Shown piece by piece: positions 27,441-39,800 of a stretch of 64,000 nt of DNA; within the stretch, counting starts at the first letter, position 1; each line of letters starts with the position of its first letter. The stretch lies in the NCBI RefSeq assembly GCF_023055435.1, contig NW_025964112.1:25234001-25298000 (forward strand). The letters run 5' to 3'. This stretch comes from Haliotis rufescens. Its lineage: Eukaryota. The notes beneath the pieces are model-generated. The model was not told where the DNA came from and ran no database searches. It saw only the letters and a list, made by a program, of their open reading frames with translations. The position numbers were made by a program, and so were the translations under genes.

Positions 27441-29050
27441 CATGGGATAGGTGTGGGGTTCTGGTCTGCGGCTGGTGCTTCCTCTCGGAAGCGTTTGAGC
27501 TGAAACCTCGAGAGAGCATCGGCAATAGTGTTAGCAGTGGAACATACATACTTTGCCTGAAACATAATATTATACCGGAGGCACTGCAGGATTAGGCGAC
27601 GGAGTAGGCTCATCACTCTGGGGGCATTGGTCGACTGTTTGTTGATTATTGCTACGACGGCTTGGTTGTCGCAGTAAAAGAGCACCTTTTGTTTGCGAGT
27701 TGCTTGCCCCAAAGTTGGATGGCCAGTGTGATGGGGAACAGCTCCAGGAGCGTTAAGTCCCGTGTAGTTTCATCCGTCACCCACTGGGTTGGCCATGCGC
27801 CGTTAAACCATTTGCCCTGCATGAAGGCCCCAAAGCCGGCACCACCCGCTGCGTCTGAAAACAGCTGGAGGAAATCGCTGTCTACCCATAGTTGGTCCTG
27901 AAACACTGAAATGCCATTATAACTCGTAAGAAATGTTAACCACATTTGTAGGTCTTCCTTGACCCAGCTGGTAATCCTAATGTGGTGAAATGGTTGCTTA
28001 CCTTTGCTAAGCAGATCGATTAGCCTTCGGCTGAATGCCCTTGCCATTGGTATAGCCCTGCACATAAAGTTAAGCTTGCCTATGAGGGACTGAAGGGCCC
28101 TTTTTGTTACCTTGATGTTACCTGTTGACAGGATGTCTTGGATTTCCCTTGTCGCCTCCTTGATCTTGGACTCTGGGATTCTGATCTGCATTGCATTGGT
28201 GTCGATTTCCAGCCCTAAGAATGTCAGTTTGGTCGTGGGGCCCACCGTCTTGTCGTGCGCAATAGGGACCCCAAGCTGTTCTAGTGTATTCACGCATCCG
28301 TTGATGTTGTCCGAGCAGTGGCTGGTGCCTGCTGTGCCCCCCGTTAGGAAGTCATCCAGGTAATGCATGATCTGACACGTTGGAAGATGTGATTGCATGC
28401 ACCATTGCAAGAAGGTACTAAACGTTTCAAATATGGCGCAAGATATGGAGCAGCCAAATGGTAAGTATTTATCAATAGAACTCACCTTCAAATCTGATGC
28501 CTAGTAGCTCGAAATCGGATGGGTGGACTGGTATGATTCTAAAGGCCGACTGAATGTCAAATTTTGCTAGTAGTGCTCCCTTTCCCAGTTGTTGAACCAT
28601 ATGCGTAGCTCCAACGGAGCAGGCCTCTGTGTCTATGAAGTCATTTATAGATTTACCCCTGGGATAGGATAGATGGTGAATTAGACGGAATTCCTCCGCA
28701 TGCTTACCCAGATGCTGACCATAGCCTGGCTGCTTCTTGGGCACCAGGCCTATTGGGGATACTTGGAGGTTGTCCAGGGGGGTGTCCTTGAAGGGGCCCG
28801 CCATCCTGCCAAGGTCGACTTCCTTTTGTAGTTTTTGTTTCACGTAGCCTACCGTGTCTTGGTGCGTGGCTGATCGCAAGTTTCGTGCCAGGCGACCAAT
28901 GCGGCTTCCCTGGGACTTGAGCTTAAAGCCAAAGCTAAAACCTGCCCATAAATAATTTGCATCTCTGTAATTGACCCTAGCATATTGGCGTAACCAGGGT
29001 GCCATTTCATTGAGATCCACGGGGGAAGGGGCCATTGAATTTACCTGCCT
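27422..29050 (-). pseudogene. Reverse transcriptase and RNase H of the DIRS/Ngaro element
   Basis: SPIGLVPKK, FRLIHHLSYP, KFDIQSAFR, LPFGCSIS and YLDD for RT. FSDAAG, LLELFPI, CDNQAVV and NTIADALSR for RNase H. Two frameshifts. Confidence 0.93.
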
Positions 29051-30147
29051 TGACGGCTGGTTTTCTGTTAGGGAAAGGCTGATTGGGCTTGTATGGGGTC
29101 GGTTGGACCCCATTCCCTCGAAAGCAGATCCTAGAGCTGTGGGAATGTTTGCCACACTTACCGCATTTGTTAGTGTACTTGCAGTTGACCCTGCTACAGC
29201 CAAGTTTATTGAAATCCCAGCATACCTGACTGGCGATGTCCCCCTGTACGCGTGGCATTGCGGGCATTCTGGTTGTCGTGCCGGCTGTGTGACCATGTAC
29301 TTCAGCCACAACTCCCCGTCGATGTTGTCCCAGCGTCGTGAGCGGTCCCTTGACATTCTGTGTCCGAATTGTTGGTCGTAGGTTGACCAGGCATCCCCCC
29401 CCGAATCGGAGTGCCGCCGTTCTTATGGTTTCCATGTAGGACAGCAACCCCTGGGTTGTGCGGACCTCAGAGTGCCTACTAACATAGATATACATGAAAA
29501 TGTGGAAAGCTGAAGTCCAGCTTGCCAGGGACAGGCGCTTTGGTTGCTGCTTTATTGGTTTAAAAATTATCTTACCTGAGGAGTCGTACGCCATGATAAT
29601 CGTACCGTCCTCGTGACTTCCCTCGGTGTTTGGTAGGATTGTGCCGAGGTCAACAAACTCGCCACGCCAGATTTTTTCCCTCATCTGTTGTTTGACGTGG
29701 GCGTCTATTCCATCCGCATGGAAGGATAGGGAATCCCCGTATCCTGCATTCTGATTGGCTGGCCAAGTCGCGTCACCGTCGGCCTCGTTGTGAGCATCGG
29801 GGATTCTCCCTATGTTTTGCGAAATGGCGGGAGAACTAAGTCCAAGCCTTACCTGTTGGTTTGCGCTAACCGGGCTGGGTGCTGAATGTTCCAGCAAACT
29901 GGAGTATTTTTTCAGGTTGCTCTTTTACCTGGGTAGCCGAGTTGGCAGCCTGCGTGGCATTTACAAGCTGCGCCGATTGTACGTTAATTCTGTTGCCACC
30001 TTCGATATTTCCGTAATTGGAAGACTCAGCATCAGCTGTTGCCTCCTGCATAATGTGTACTCCAGGGGTTTATCTTCTGGTTGTCCTGGCCTGCTTGGCT
30101 CCCCTCCCCAGCTTATGGCTGACGCCTGCTCTTCTCTTGGGAGGCAT
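29007..30147 (-). pseudogene. Gag-like ORF1 of the DIRS/Ngaro element
   Basis: Starts MPPKRRAG (ATG at 30147). Contains KIWRGEFVDLGTIL, WTSAFHIFM and a Cys/His finger CWDFNKLGCSRVNCKYTNKCGKCGKHSHSSRIC, with a few disruptions. Confidence 0.85.
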
Positions 30148-30301
30148 CACGAAAGGTCGAGGTGGTGAGTTGGTATTCCACAAGTGTAAAAATGTCCCGA
30201 GGATGAAGTTCGGGAGTAGAACGGAATAAATTTAGTAGTTAGTACTAAATGTAAGTATGAGAAATAATAGAGAATATTTTCATTACAAATTTAGTATAGT
30301 C

Positions 30302-30423
30302 TCATGACGATCGTTGAATCACATCATCATTTTGACATAAAAAAATCCCTCTGTAGTGGTGGTATAAGTATATAAATCTGGCTCTAGTGGGGTTGTGATA
30401 AAACTGTCATTGTCTATACTACT
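30302..30423 (-). repeat. Right terminal inverted repeat of the Polinton
   Basis: Reverse complement reads agtagtatag...gccagatttata...agagggatttttttatgtcaaaatgatgatgtgattcaacgatcgtca. Confidence 0.9.
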
Positions 30424-30654
30424 CACGTGTAGCAGGCTATCATGTCGGTTGCGGTGATGCGTTTAGGCGATTGGTTTTATTGTCATCTGCTTTGTTTGTT
30501 TTTTTTGTCATTAAATTTCATTTTTCCGGACAAGGTAATGTTAAATTTTAGAAACTTTGACAAAAATTACCCAGATACTTAAATGACAACTTTTCATGCA
30601 ATGTTACTTGGGTGACGTTTCTTTTGCGGTTCAGTATATTACCTGGTGCTTCAC

Positions 30655-31215
30655 TCACCGTGTCAGTTTTGGCATTGCTTAATCTGTACACAATATATTA
30701 TGTCAGTTTTGTCCCTAATATTCAGTCCCTAACATTGCTTGGTCTGTACACGTTATATTATGTTAGGTTTGTCCCTAACAATGCTTGGTCTTTACACGAT
30801 ATTATGTCAGTTTTGTCCCTAACATTGCTTGGTCTGTACACAACATACTATATCAGTTTTGTCACTAGCATTGCTTGATCTGCACACTATATTATATCAG
30901 TTTTGTCCCTAACATTGCTTGGTCTGTACACTATATTATATCAGTTTTGTCCCGAACATTGCTTGGTCTGTACAAAATATTATATAAGTTTTGTCCCGAA
31001 CATTGCTTGGTCTGTACACGAAATACCATTTCAGTTTTGTCACTAGCATTCTTTCCCTGACATTGCTTGGTCTGTACACGATATATTATGTCAGTTTTGT
31101 CCCTGATATTGCTTGGTCTGTACACGATATATTATGTTAGTTTTGTCCCTGACATTGCTTGGTCTGTGCACGATATATTATGTCATTTTTGGCCCTAACA
31201 TTGCTAGGTCTTACA
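30655..31215. repeat. ~46-bp minisatellite, CAGTTTTGTCCCTAACATTGCTTGGTCTGTACACGATATATTATGT
   Basis: About 12 units with period 46 (e.g. 31092 and 31138). Confidence 0.93.
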
Positions 31216-31259
31216 CAATATTTAATTTGACATGTGTTACTAATTGAGGTCAGTGACAG

Positions 31260-34000
31260 AACGAGCTCTTGGTTATTCGCCATGGTTTCCCTTCTCAACA
31301 TTGTTTTGGATATCTAGTATCCGGCACACATACAAGTTTACACCAATATTTAATGCACCGACCACACTCACCTAAAACAGCTGCAGTAGTAGAAGATTTG
31401 CCAACACCTAGAACATATTTACAATACTTTACATAAAAGTGCCTCCCATTTATGCCAACCCCATACCTCAGATGAATACAACAGAATATGTTTTATTTGA
31501 GAATCAGACATTTTAAAGAGAATGGTGGGAGCAAGATTATTACTGCAATTGGTTTATAGGGAAAAGTGCTTTACTAGCTTTGTGATTAAGTGTTTGCACT
31601 GATGTTCACCATGAAAGTCTATTTGAAAATATGATACAAAGATAATAATAGTAGGTTGAGGTTTTCAGTGCAATATCATTATACATCAATTTTTCAGTAT
31701 TCTTAAGTTAACCACAGTTACGGAACACAAGGATTTCAGTTTTATTGAAATTTACTTAAAAGTCCACTTTGAGTAACATTTTCATTTTCATACGTATTTT
31801 CATTTGCAAACCAATAATACTGTCACAAAACAGACACAAATCATCTGCATATAGTAATAAAATCAAGTCGAAAAAGCCTGCACTAGCAAAAATTCCTCTC
31901 CCGTCATGCTGCTGTAATTCATCTTCAGGTTGGTTGACAAACATACTAAATAGAAGTGGACTTAGAATACAACCTTGACGAACACCGCTTAAACAATCAA
32001 AATATTCGGAAATGCTGACATTTGACATTTTAACGGCTGCTTTTGTCTTATACATATGTCGAATTATATTCAGCATTTTGCCTTTAATATCTTGTTGAGC
32101 ATACCATAAAATATATCTATTGATAGAATCAAAAGCTTTATGAAAGTCTACGAATACACAATAAAGTCTACCCCTGGATTTGGATAAATATTTCTGAATT
32201 ATTGATTGTATTATAAAAATATTATCAGTTTTAGAAAAGCCAGTGCGAAATCCAGCTTGACAAACTTGACAGTTTTAAGTCTATTATTTAAAAAACTTAA
32301 ATATTTTACCTCAGATGTCCATTAAAGAAATTCCTCTCACATCGTTTGTATATTGCCTTTCTTGTGAAATCGGAAATTTATACTTTTAGACCAATGCAAT
32401 GGAAAAACACCAGATTCAAAAATACTATAAAAAAGAACACGTAACTATGGTAGTAACACAACACCACCATGTTTTCCACATTTCAACAGGAATTCCAATA
32501 CTTCCAGCGACATCTACTGAAAACTGCTTATACACGAAGCTGGGGAATAAGACTTTCCTAGTAAGGATTTTACACCAGTCCAAAATTGTTTCGAGTTTCC
32601 CTTATCACCTGTATCAAGTCGATGTATATCTAAAGACTCATGGTAATATTCACATTTCACGCGACAAAGGCCTCTGTATTCATTACGAGCAAAGTGAAAC
32701 TGACTCAAGTAGCTGGTTTCTCCTGTTGCTCTAAATTGGTCTAATTTCAGTGTTATACATTCTGCATCATACTAAGCATCGGTCGATTTTTTCTTCCCAG
32801 ATAATCTACCCATTTACCCCTCCCAGCTTTTCTAGCACTAGACTATAAACATTGGGATAACTCTAAGTGTCATTACAAACTAAGGGTATAAACTTGATAC
32901 ATAGACCAGTTAGAAAGATTATTCAGAAGGCATTGAACAAACGTGTCAGAATGTTCTGGTCTCCATCTGTACTGAACAATTGGGAGAACAGCTTCTTTAG
33001 TTATAACCTTTTGCACATAGTTACAGTTTGCCTGATTGAACAAGAAAGAGGAAAGTGATCTGATTCAGAGCGTGTGTGAGCATTAAAAGTATCATTAAGA
33101 TCAAATAACTCTATTGAGCATATTATATAGTCCACAAGATATGCACCGTTAGAGGCAAAAAAGGTAAAGCTACCACTTGGATCATCTGGGAAACGACCAT
33201 TAAGCATATGTATTCCATATGTGCAACACAGGTTAATAATTTCTTTTCCAAAATCGTTAACGTCCTTCTCCCTTGAAACCCTGGATATATGAGTGAGAGT
33301 ATGGTTTCTTAGCAATATTCCAGCATTATCCCAGCGGGGTACACCAGAAATGTGCTTCACACATTGTACCTATGTTAGGAATAGAACCCGGTTCGTCGGC
33401 GTGATGAGCGAACGTTTTAACCACGAGGCTATCCGACCGCACCCCTTGGTATATAAAGGAATCTTTTACATATTGCATATCATTCAGATTCTGTATGTAA
33501 ACATAACTATCATCATCATCGTAAAGTATGTAATCCGCTCATGATCATGTTCAAGCATAACAATCGCCTGCTAGTATAATGTCAACATCACTGTACAGCG
33601 TCAGTAGTTTAAGAAGACATGACTCGATAAAGTCAATACCCTTAACATCGTGCTTGTCAGACTGAACTGAAGATAATAAATGGTAGACATAAACAAATCC
33701 AAGCCAAATGTCTTTTTTCAAATCCGAAAACGTTAGCGTCTAAGAGAACATCAATGCTATCACTGAAGTTTAAATTTACTCCCTGTTTAAACACATTTCT
33801 GATCAACAGTGAGACTTCACCTCTATTGTTGTACTTGGGATAATTTACAAACACATAGTAATCATGAAAACACATCTCAATGTTATCTTCCGAACAATTA
33901 CTGAAAAATATCAAACGAATCACAAGATTCAATACAATCTCCATTTCGTATTTTGTTACCTAAGCCGTGTACATTCCATGTCATGAGAGTTATGACATGA
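31260..34000 (-). mobile_element. Decayed non-LTR retrotransposon ORF2 (APE endonuclease and RT, no RNase H seen)
   Basis: TWNVHGL (~33975), LVDYII..SDHFPL, QAGFRTG, FVDFHKAFDSI, GVRQGCILSPLLF, LLYADD and AVLGECGR. Confidence 0.88.
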
Positions 34001-34424
34001 CTGTGCTATGACCAGGGGAGATGTTATTGTTACAGCAAAAACCCTTGAGGCTGCCCATACACTTTTGCAAGTCACAGAGCATGATGAACATTTTGTCACA
34101 ACTCATGAGCCTGAACTATTAATGACAACCCGTGAAGTTTTCTATGGTATTATCTGGATATTGAGATGAGTGAAATTGAGGACGAAGTAAAACCTGTTTT
34201 ACCTCTAATGTGCTCTGCTGTGCGTCTGACTCATGGACCTGATAAAGTTTCCACCAAATCTGTTCTGCTCACATTTACTGGTCAGTCTTTACCAGATCAT
34301 GTTGTCATTTTCTTTCAGAGCTTTCAAATCCGGATGTATGTTCCTCCTGTCAGTTTCAGTCCTTTGGGCAAGTGTAGGAGCACTCATCATGTGTGTGCTA
34401 AATGTGGAGGGAAGCACAAATATG

Positions 34425-34887
34425 CATCTTCCCGAGACAAGGGAGTTAACTGACTCTAAGAGTCCAGTTTCCACCCTTGCCAAACTAGGCTGGTATTATG
34501 GAGTTACATTTTGGCTGGACTAACGAGTCTATGCATAGTCCAATCAAAATCGCGCACTGAAATCGAAATCCTGTTCGAATCTTTTCATGATTTTAATCAA
34601 GGTGCTCACGTGACTTGATGCGTTTCGCGATGTAAGACCCGTTTTATCACATTATAGATATTGATTATCGATCAGATCGTCCTGACTTGGCGCCACAATT
34701 TTGTGTGAAGCAAGCGCAAGTCATACGAGAGGTGGAATCTGATTGGTCCATAGGAGAGGCTTAGAAGGGACATAACACGTAATAGACACTGAGGGCGCTA
34801 CGATCGAGCCCAGTAATTCCAGCCTAGTTCGACAAGGGTGGAAACTGGACTTTTAAAGTCAGTAAACTCTCTTGCCTCGGGAAGATG
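34425..34887. mobile_element. MITE (463 bp) with ~75-bp TIRs and a 9-bp TSD ACAAATATG
   Basis: The TIR catcttcccgagacaagggagttaactgactctaagagtccagtttccacccttg... is mirrored at 34810-34887. The TSD lies at 34416-34424 and 34888-34896. Confidence 0.93.
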
Positions 34888-36617
34888 ACAAATATGTGGA
34901 GTGCAATGAAAGTTCTCTTAAATGTAAGAACTGTGGTAGTGCTCTCTCTGTGGCATACAAAGGCTGTCTTAAATACCAGGAAGCGATCCAGACCCAGAAA
35001 GTCAGAGTTGAGGGTAAACTGTCTTATTTCTCAGGCTGTTCGAAAGGTGTGTGGAGACTTAGATATTGCTCCTGGTCAGATTCCAAAATTCCATAAACCA
35101 ACCCTGCAGCTTAACCACTGTCTCCTGTTGTTCCAATTTCTGATGTTGTATCTCCTCCTGTCATGGTCATGGTGTCATGGTGACTACTAGTACTCAGACT
35201 GAAGTTGAATGTCAGACTGATCCTGTTATTGAACTTGTGCCTGAATCTCCTTGCAAACCTCTATTCAACGATGTCTCTCCTGTTGATTTTCTCAAGTTTG
35301 TTATTTGTATAGTTGCAAACCTTGGAACTATTCATGCCTTCAAGTCTGATAGTCTCCAGACGATAGCAACAGCTGCCCAGTTCCTCTTGTGGTTAAAATT
35401 GTCCCCTGATGATCTGAAGAGCATGGTTAAGGTTCGGCAATAGAAGTCTTAATCCTTCTTATGGCTATCTTTATCCTTCAGTGGAAAGCTTGATCAAAAA
35501 ATGCTAATGGTCCAGGATTTAAGGTTTTTATGAAGAGTCTTGACCCATTGCCAGATGTTATATGTCTTCCGGAGACGTTCTTGAATCCTAAACAGCAATT
35601 CCGTTGGGAAGGTTATGTCTGCCTACGTAAAGATCGTCAGTTTGGTTTTAGAGGACGTTGTGCTATACTCATAGGAATCTTTGTCTTAGTGACATTAGGT
35701 TGCCACAATCCAAATTAGAAGCGAATGCAGTCAATATTTATTTGATGGATAAAAGATCAGTCTCGATTATTAATGTCTATAATAATGCTATTGCTTCCAG
35801 TGAAGATGATAATTCTATATTGAATGTTTCAGACAATCTGAAAGTATTGTGTGAGGATTTTAATAGTCATAGTCCATTGTGGGGAGCTAATAAATTGGAT
35901 GCTGGAGGTAAAGTCATTGAGAGACTTCTTGACGAATAGAATCCTTTCCTTCTTAATGATGGTTCTATGACCTGATATGACATGGCTTCTGCTTCATTTT
36001 CGGCCCTGGATTTGACCACTGTCATTCCACAACTGGATCTCTGCATTGTGATTGGGAAATATATTTTCATGATTCCTTTGGCAGTGATCATTATCCTGTG
36101 TTTACCAACCTTCACCTTGACCCAATCGCTGAACTGAGAAATACCGATATTCTCTAGAGCTGACTGGTCTGCATTTACTGCTTTGTGCTCTGACACTATC
36201 ACCCCTGCTATAAACTCTATTGACATACAGCAGTTTCACAAATGCTTTGTTCCTAACATTATTGATGCTGCCAATAGATTTATAGGCAGAAGTTCTTGTA
36301 AACGTCCTCTTAAACCGCCTGTTTGTTGGTGGACGGATACATGTCAATCAGCACATGATGCCAGGAAGAGGGCAAAGAAAAATGTTCTTTCTCTTTCAAA
36401 TCGGCTTTACCGTCTGCTTTTCTTGAGTATAGGTGCACTTCTGCATTCCTTAAAAGAACTGTTATTGAAGCACAATGTTTGTCTTGGGCTAATTACACCA
36501 CTTTTATAAAAAGAAATACACCTCTTTCTCAGGTATGGAGGAAAGTGAAAAAGATTTCTGGTAGTTCATGTCCCGTCTACTGGTCAAAACATGCCTACAA
36601 CAACAAGTATTGACAAG

Positions 36618-36887
36618 TTGGTTGGTTGGTTTGTTGTTTAATGCCACACTCAGCAATATTTCAGCTATATGACGTGGTCTGTAAATAATCGAGTCTGGAT
36701 CAGACAATCCAGTGATGGATATCAGGAGCATCGATCCACGCGTTTTGGATCGATGACATGCTTCAAGCCAAGTCAGCAAACCTGACCACCCAATCCCGTT
36801 AGTTGCCTCCCATAACAAGCTTAGTAGCCTGTTATGTCAAGCATAGGTTGCTGAAGACCTATTCTATCCCGGATCTTCAAGGGTCAT
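36618..36887 (-). mobile_element. SINE-like retroposon with a (CAAC)n tail and a 10-bp TSD TATTGACAAG
   Basis: TSD at 36608-36617 and 36888-36897. Homologous to 4793-5003. Confidence 0.9.
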
Positions 36888-39800
36888 TATTGACAAGAGT
36901 AATGCACTGGAACAGTCATTTCAAAAAGTATCGAGTACAGAAAACTTAAACTCAGACTTTTTACACTATAAGTAAACACTTGAATCAGAATTCTCGGACA
37001 TCAGGTGATGATGTTATGTTATATCTCCCACTTATCAGCCTTCAAACCATGCTTTTACTTTTTAATAATATTTGGTTTGAAGGCAAACTTCCGATTTCTT
37101 GGAAAAAAGCAATAGTAGTTCCGATTCCGAAGCCTGGTAAAGATCCTAAAAAAGCCACACCCTACAGACCTATTGCTCTTGCCTCTAACATGTGTAGAAT
37201 AATGGAGAGAATGGTAAATAACCGTCTGATTTACTTCATGGAAAAGAACAATCTCTTTTCACACATTCAATCGGGCGTTCGGAAAAATAGATCTTGTGCT
37301 GATCATTCAGTGCGCCTTGAAACTGAAAATAAAAAGGCCATAGGTAGCACTGAATATTTAATGGCTGTTTTCATGGACATTGAAAAAGCTTATGACATGT
37401 TTTGGAGGGAAGGTTTGATAATAAAACTGTATAAACTTGGAGTTTGTGGACGTATGCTTGATTGGATATACAAGATTTCTTAAGGGGTAGAAATATACAA
37501 GTTCGCATTGTCTGCGTTTCATTTACATGTTAGAGAATGGAACACCTCAAGGAAGTGTTATCAGCTCAACATTATTTAATGTCATGATAAATGATTTGTT
37601 TGAGAATATCAATATTCTTGTTGAAACATCACAGTTTGCAGATGACGGAGCGTTGTGGAAACGGTCCAGTAATTTTGACACTGTCTTCAAAGGTGTTCAA
37701 CAATCTCTCTATCTTGTACAGAATTGGTGTGTACATTGGGGTTTTAAAAATTCAGCCTCTAAATCATCTGAAATTATTTGGACTCGGAAGAAGATTCCTC
37801 ATAATTCAAAATTAGTGGATAAAGTCATGTTTTTAGGTCTCTGGTTTCATAAGAGGCTCACCTTGAAACACATGGACTATCCAATTCAGAAGTGCACTTA
37901 AGTCCTGAACGTTCTGAGAAGTATTTCCAGTGTCAAATGGGGTGCAGACAGGAAGTGTTTATTAATGTTATATTGAGCCCTCATTTTAGATCTCGACCTG
38001 ATTTCGGATGTTTAGCCTATGCATCTGCATGTGCCTTTAAAAAAGCAAGACTAGTTGTTGTTCAGTCCAAAGCCCAAAGATTATGTCTTTGAGCGTTCAG
38101 AACCACCTCTGTCGAGGCTTTACAAGTTGATTCGGATGAAATGCCTTAAGATCTCAGACGGGAACTGTTAGAAGTTCGATATATATTAAAATTGAAATCA
38201 TTTGGGAGAAGATACCCGACGTCAAAAGTGTTAAATGATTGTGTTGAATATTTTCAGGATTCTTTGAAAAACGGGATGGGATGCGTTCTCAAAGAACTGT
38301 TTTCAATCATACTGTACGTGACATTGCAAAAGATGACGCTAAAAGCTGCCATGGTTGATTAAACTGCCATCAGTTTATCTTGATGTCCTGGAACAGGTAA
38401 ATAAATGTGAGCCAGCACCTCGAGTTAAAGCTATAGCTGAGGAACATATTCGAAGTACTAGTTTACAGTGGTTAAATTCCATGCAGATTTACACTGATGG
38501 ATCTAGTTTCCCAGTGTCCGGTCGTGTTGGTGCTGGTTTCTTCATTGTTTATGAACAGAAAGAACTTTCTATCCGTTTGCCTATCACTTGTCAGTATTAT
38601 CTGCCGAACCTGGAGCAATCATTGAAGCATTGCGTTGGATTCATTTTTAAGGCCTGTATCAGCAGTAATTTTCAGTGACTCTGTCAGTGCATTATAAACA
38701 ATTCGTGTAGATTCTTCCTCAGCGAGGCAGGACTTGATCAACATTATTTTCGACCTTTATAATGAATTAAGTAAAGATCTGTTAGATGTTGAATTTCCAT
38801 GGATCCCTCCCTGCTCATGTTGGATTACTTGGAAATGTGTGAGTGCGTGAGTGGCAAAAGCTGCATAAGAGTTTGATGAATCAGAACAGGATGAGACCAT
38901 TTTACCTTTTCCTGAAGAAATAGGCACCGTCAGTATAACCCGTGCTAACAAAATTGCAGAAGAGGTGGGCATCATCCTTAAAAGGGCGTCATTTCTATGG
39001 CATCGATACTTTCGTCTTTGTCTTGGGCATTGTGGTCTTGGTGCATATCTCAATGTTATTAAAACATACATTTCTGCACAGTGTACAGTGTGTAATCAGC
39101 TTGACAATGTGGCTCGTTATTTACTGCATTGTCAAAAATATGAAAATCAGCGTAAGGCAATGGTGGATTCTTTCACAGTTCTCAATATTGACCTCTCATT
39201 AGCTGGACTTTTATGTACTAGAAATATCGTTCGCCATGATGTTCAGAATGTCATTCTTGCGCATATAAAGCGTGTGGTTCTTTTACTACTTTATGAAATA
39301 TCTAGGTACTTAGCAAACCTTTATCATGGGCAAGGTCTAAATGGGCCTAGTTGCCCAAACACCTATAAAACTTTTAATGATCAATCAATCAGTCAAGAAC
39401 CAAGCTTATCAAACCGCAAACGGCATCTCTCTAACATAGCTCAGTGAAGAAAGATTCTTTTTCACTGGTCATTCATATTTTGCAGGGAATTGGTTGGTTT
39501 TATATTTATGGTTAAGTGAACAAGCTTATGTAAATACCTTGCACAGTATTCGTCGATATGTATATGTGTACCAAATGACAGTTTGTATTTGTAAAGCTGT
39601 ATATACATATGACTTTGTCAAATATTACACTGTGGTACAAATTATGTCTACATTCAACTGCCAACCGTTGCTGTTACGATGATTCTTTTAAAGGGGTGGG
39701 TTTATTTGGATATGTTTTCTTATTGGATAAATATCAGGATTGTAACAGTAGTTAATTACATTTAAAACGGTTTTAATTGGTATAATAATTATATATGGAT

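Larger units (their letters stand above)
25529..30224 (-). mobile_element. DIRS-order (Ngaro-like) tyrosine-recombinase retrotransposon with an extra SGNH hydrolase ORF
   Basis: Gene order gag-RT/RNase H-YR-SGNH on the minus strand. The block is visibly more GC-rich than the surrounding Polinton and has no TSD. Confidence 0.92.
12201..30423. mobile_element. Polinton/Maverick (adintovirus-like endogenous virus), decayed, with three nested insertions
   Basis: Termini AGTGGT (12201) and ACTACT (30418-30423), inverted repeats of ~120 bp, and integrase, pPolB, ATPase and capsid-like genes inside. Confidence 0.92.
34010..39395 (+). mobile_element. Decayed I-group (I/Nimb-like) LINE with Zn-knuckle ORF1 and APE-RT-RNase H ORF2
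   Basis: CAKCGGKH..C and CKNCG in ORF1. DVICLPET, DFNSHSPLWG, GSDHYP, PIPKPGKD..YRPIAL, DIEKAYD, GTPQGSVIS, FADD, IYTDGS and a C-terminal CTVC in ORF2. (TCAA)n tail at ~39380. Confidence 0.9.

Noticed and set aside
27662-30229. Plus-strand ORFs over the DIRS element (27662, 28112, 28971, 29812, 30017)
   Set aside because: They are antisense shadows of GC-rich coding sequence with no motifs.
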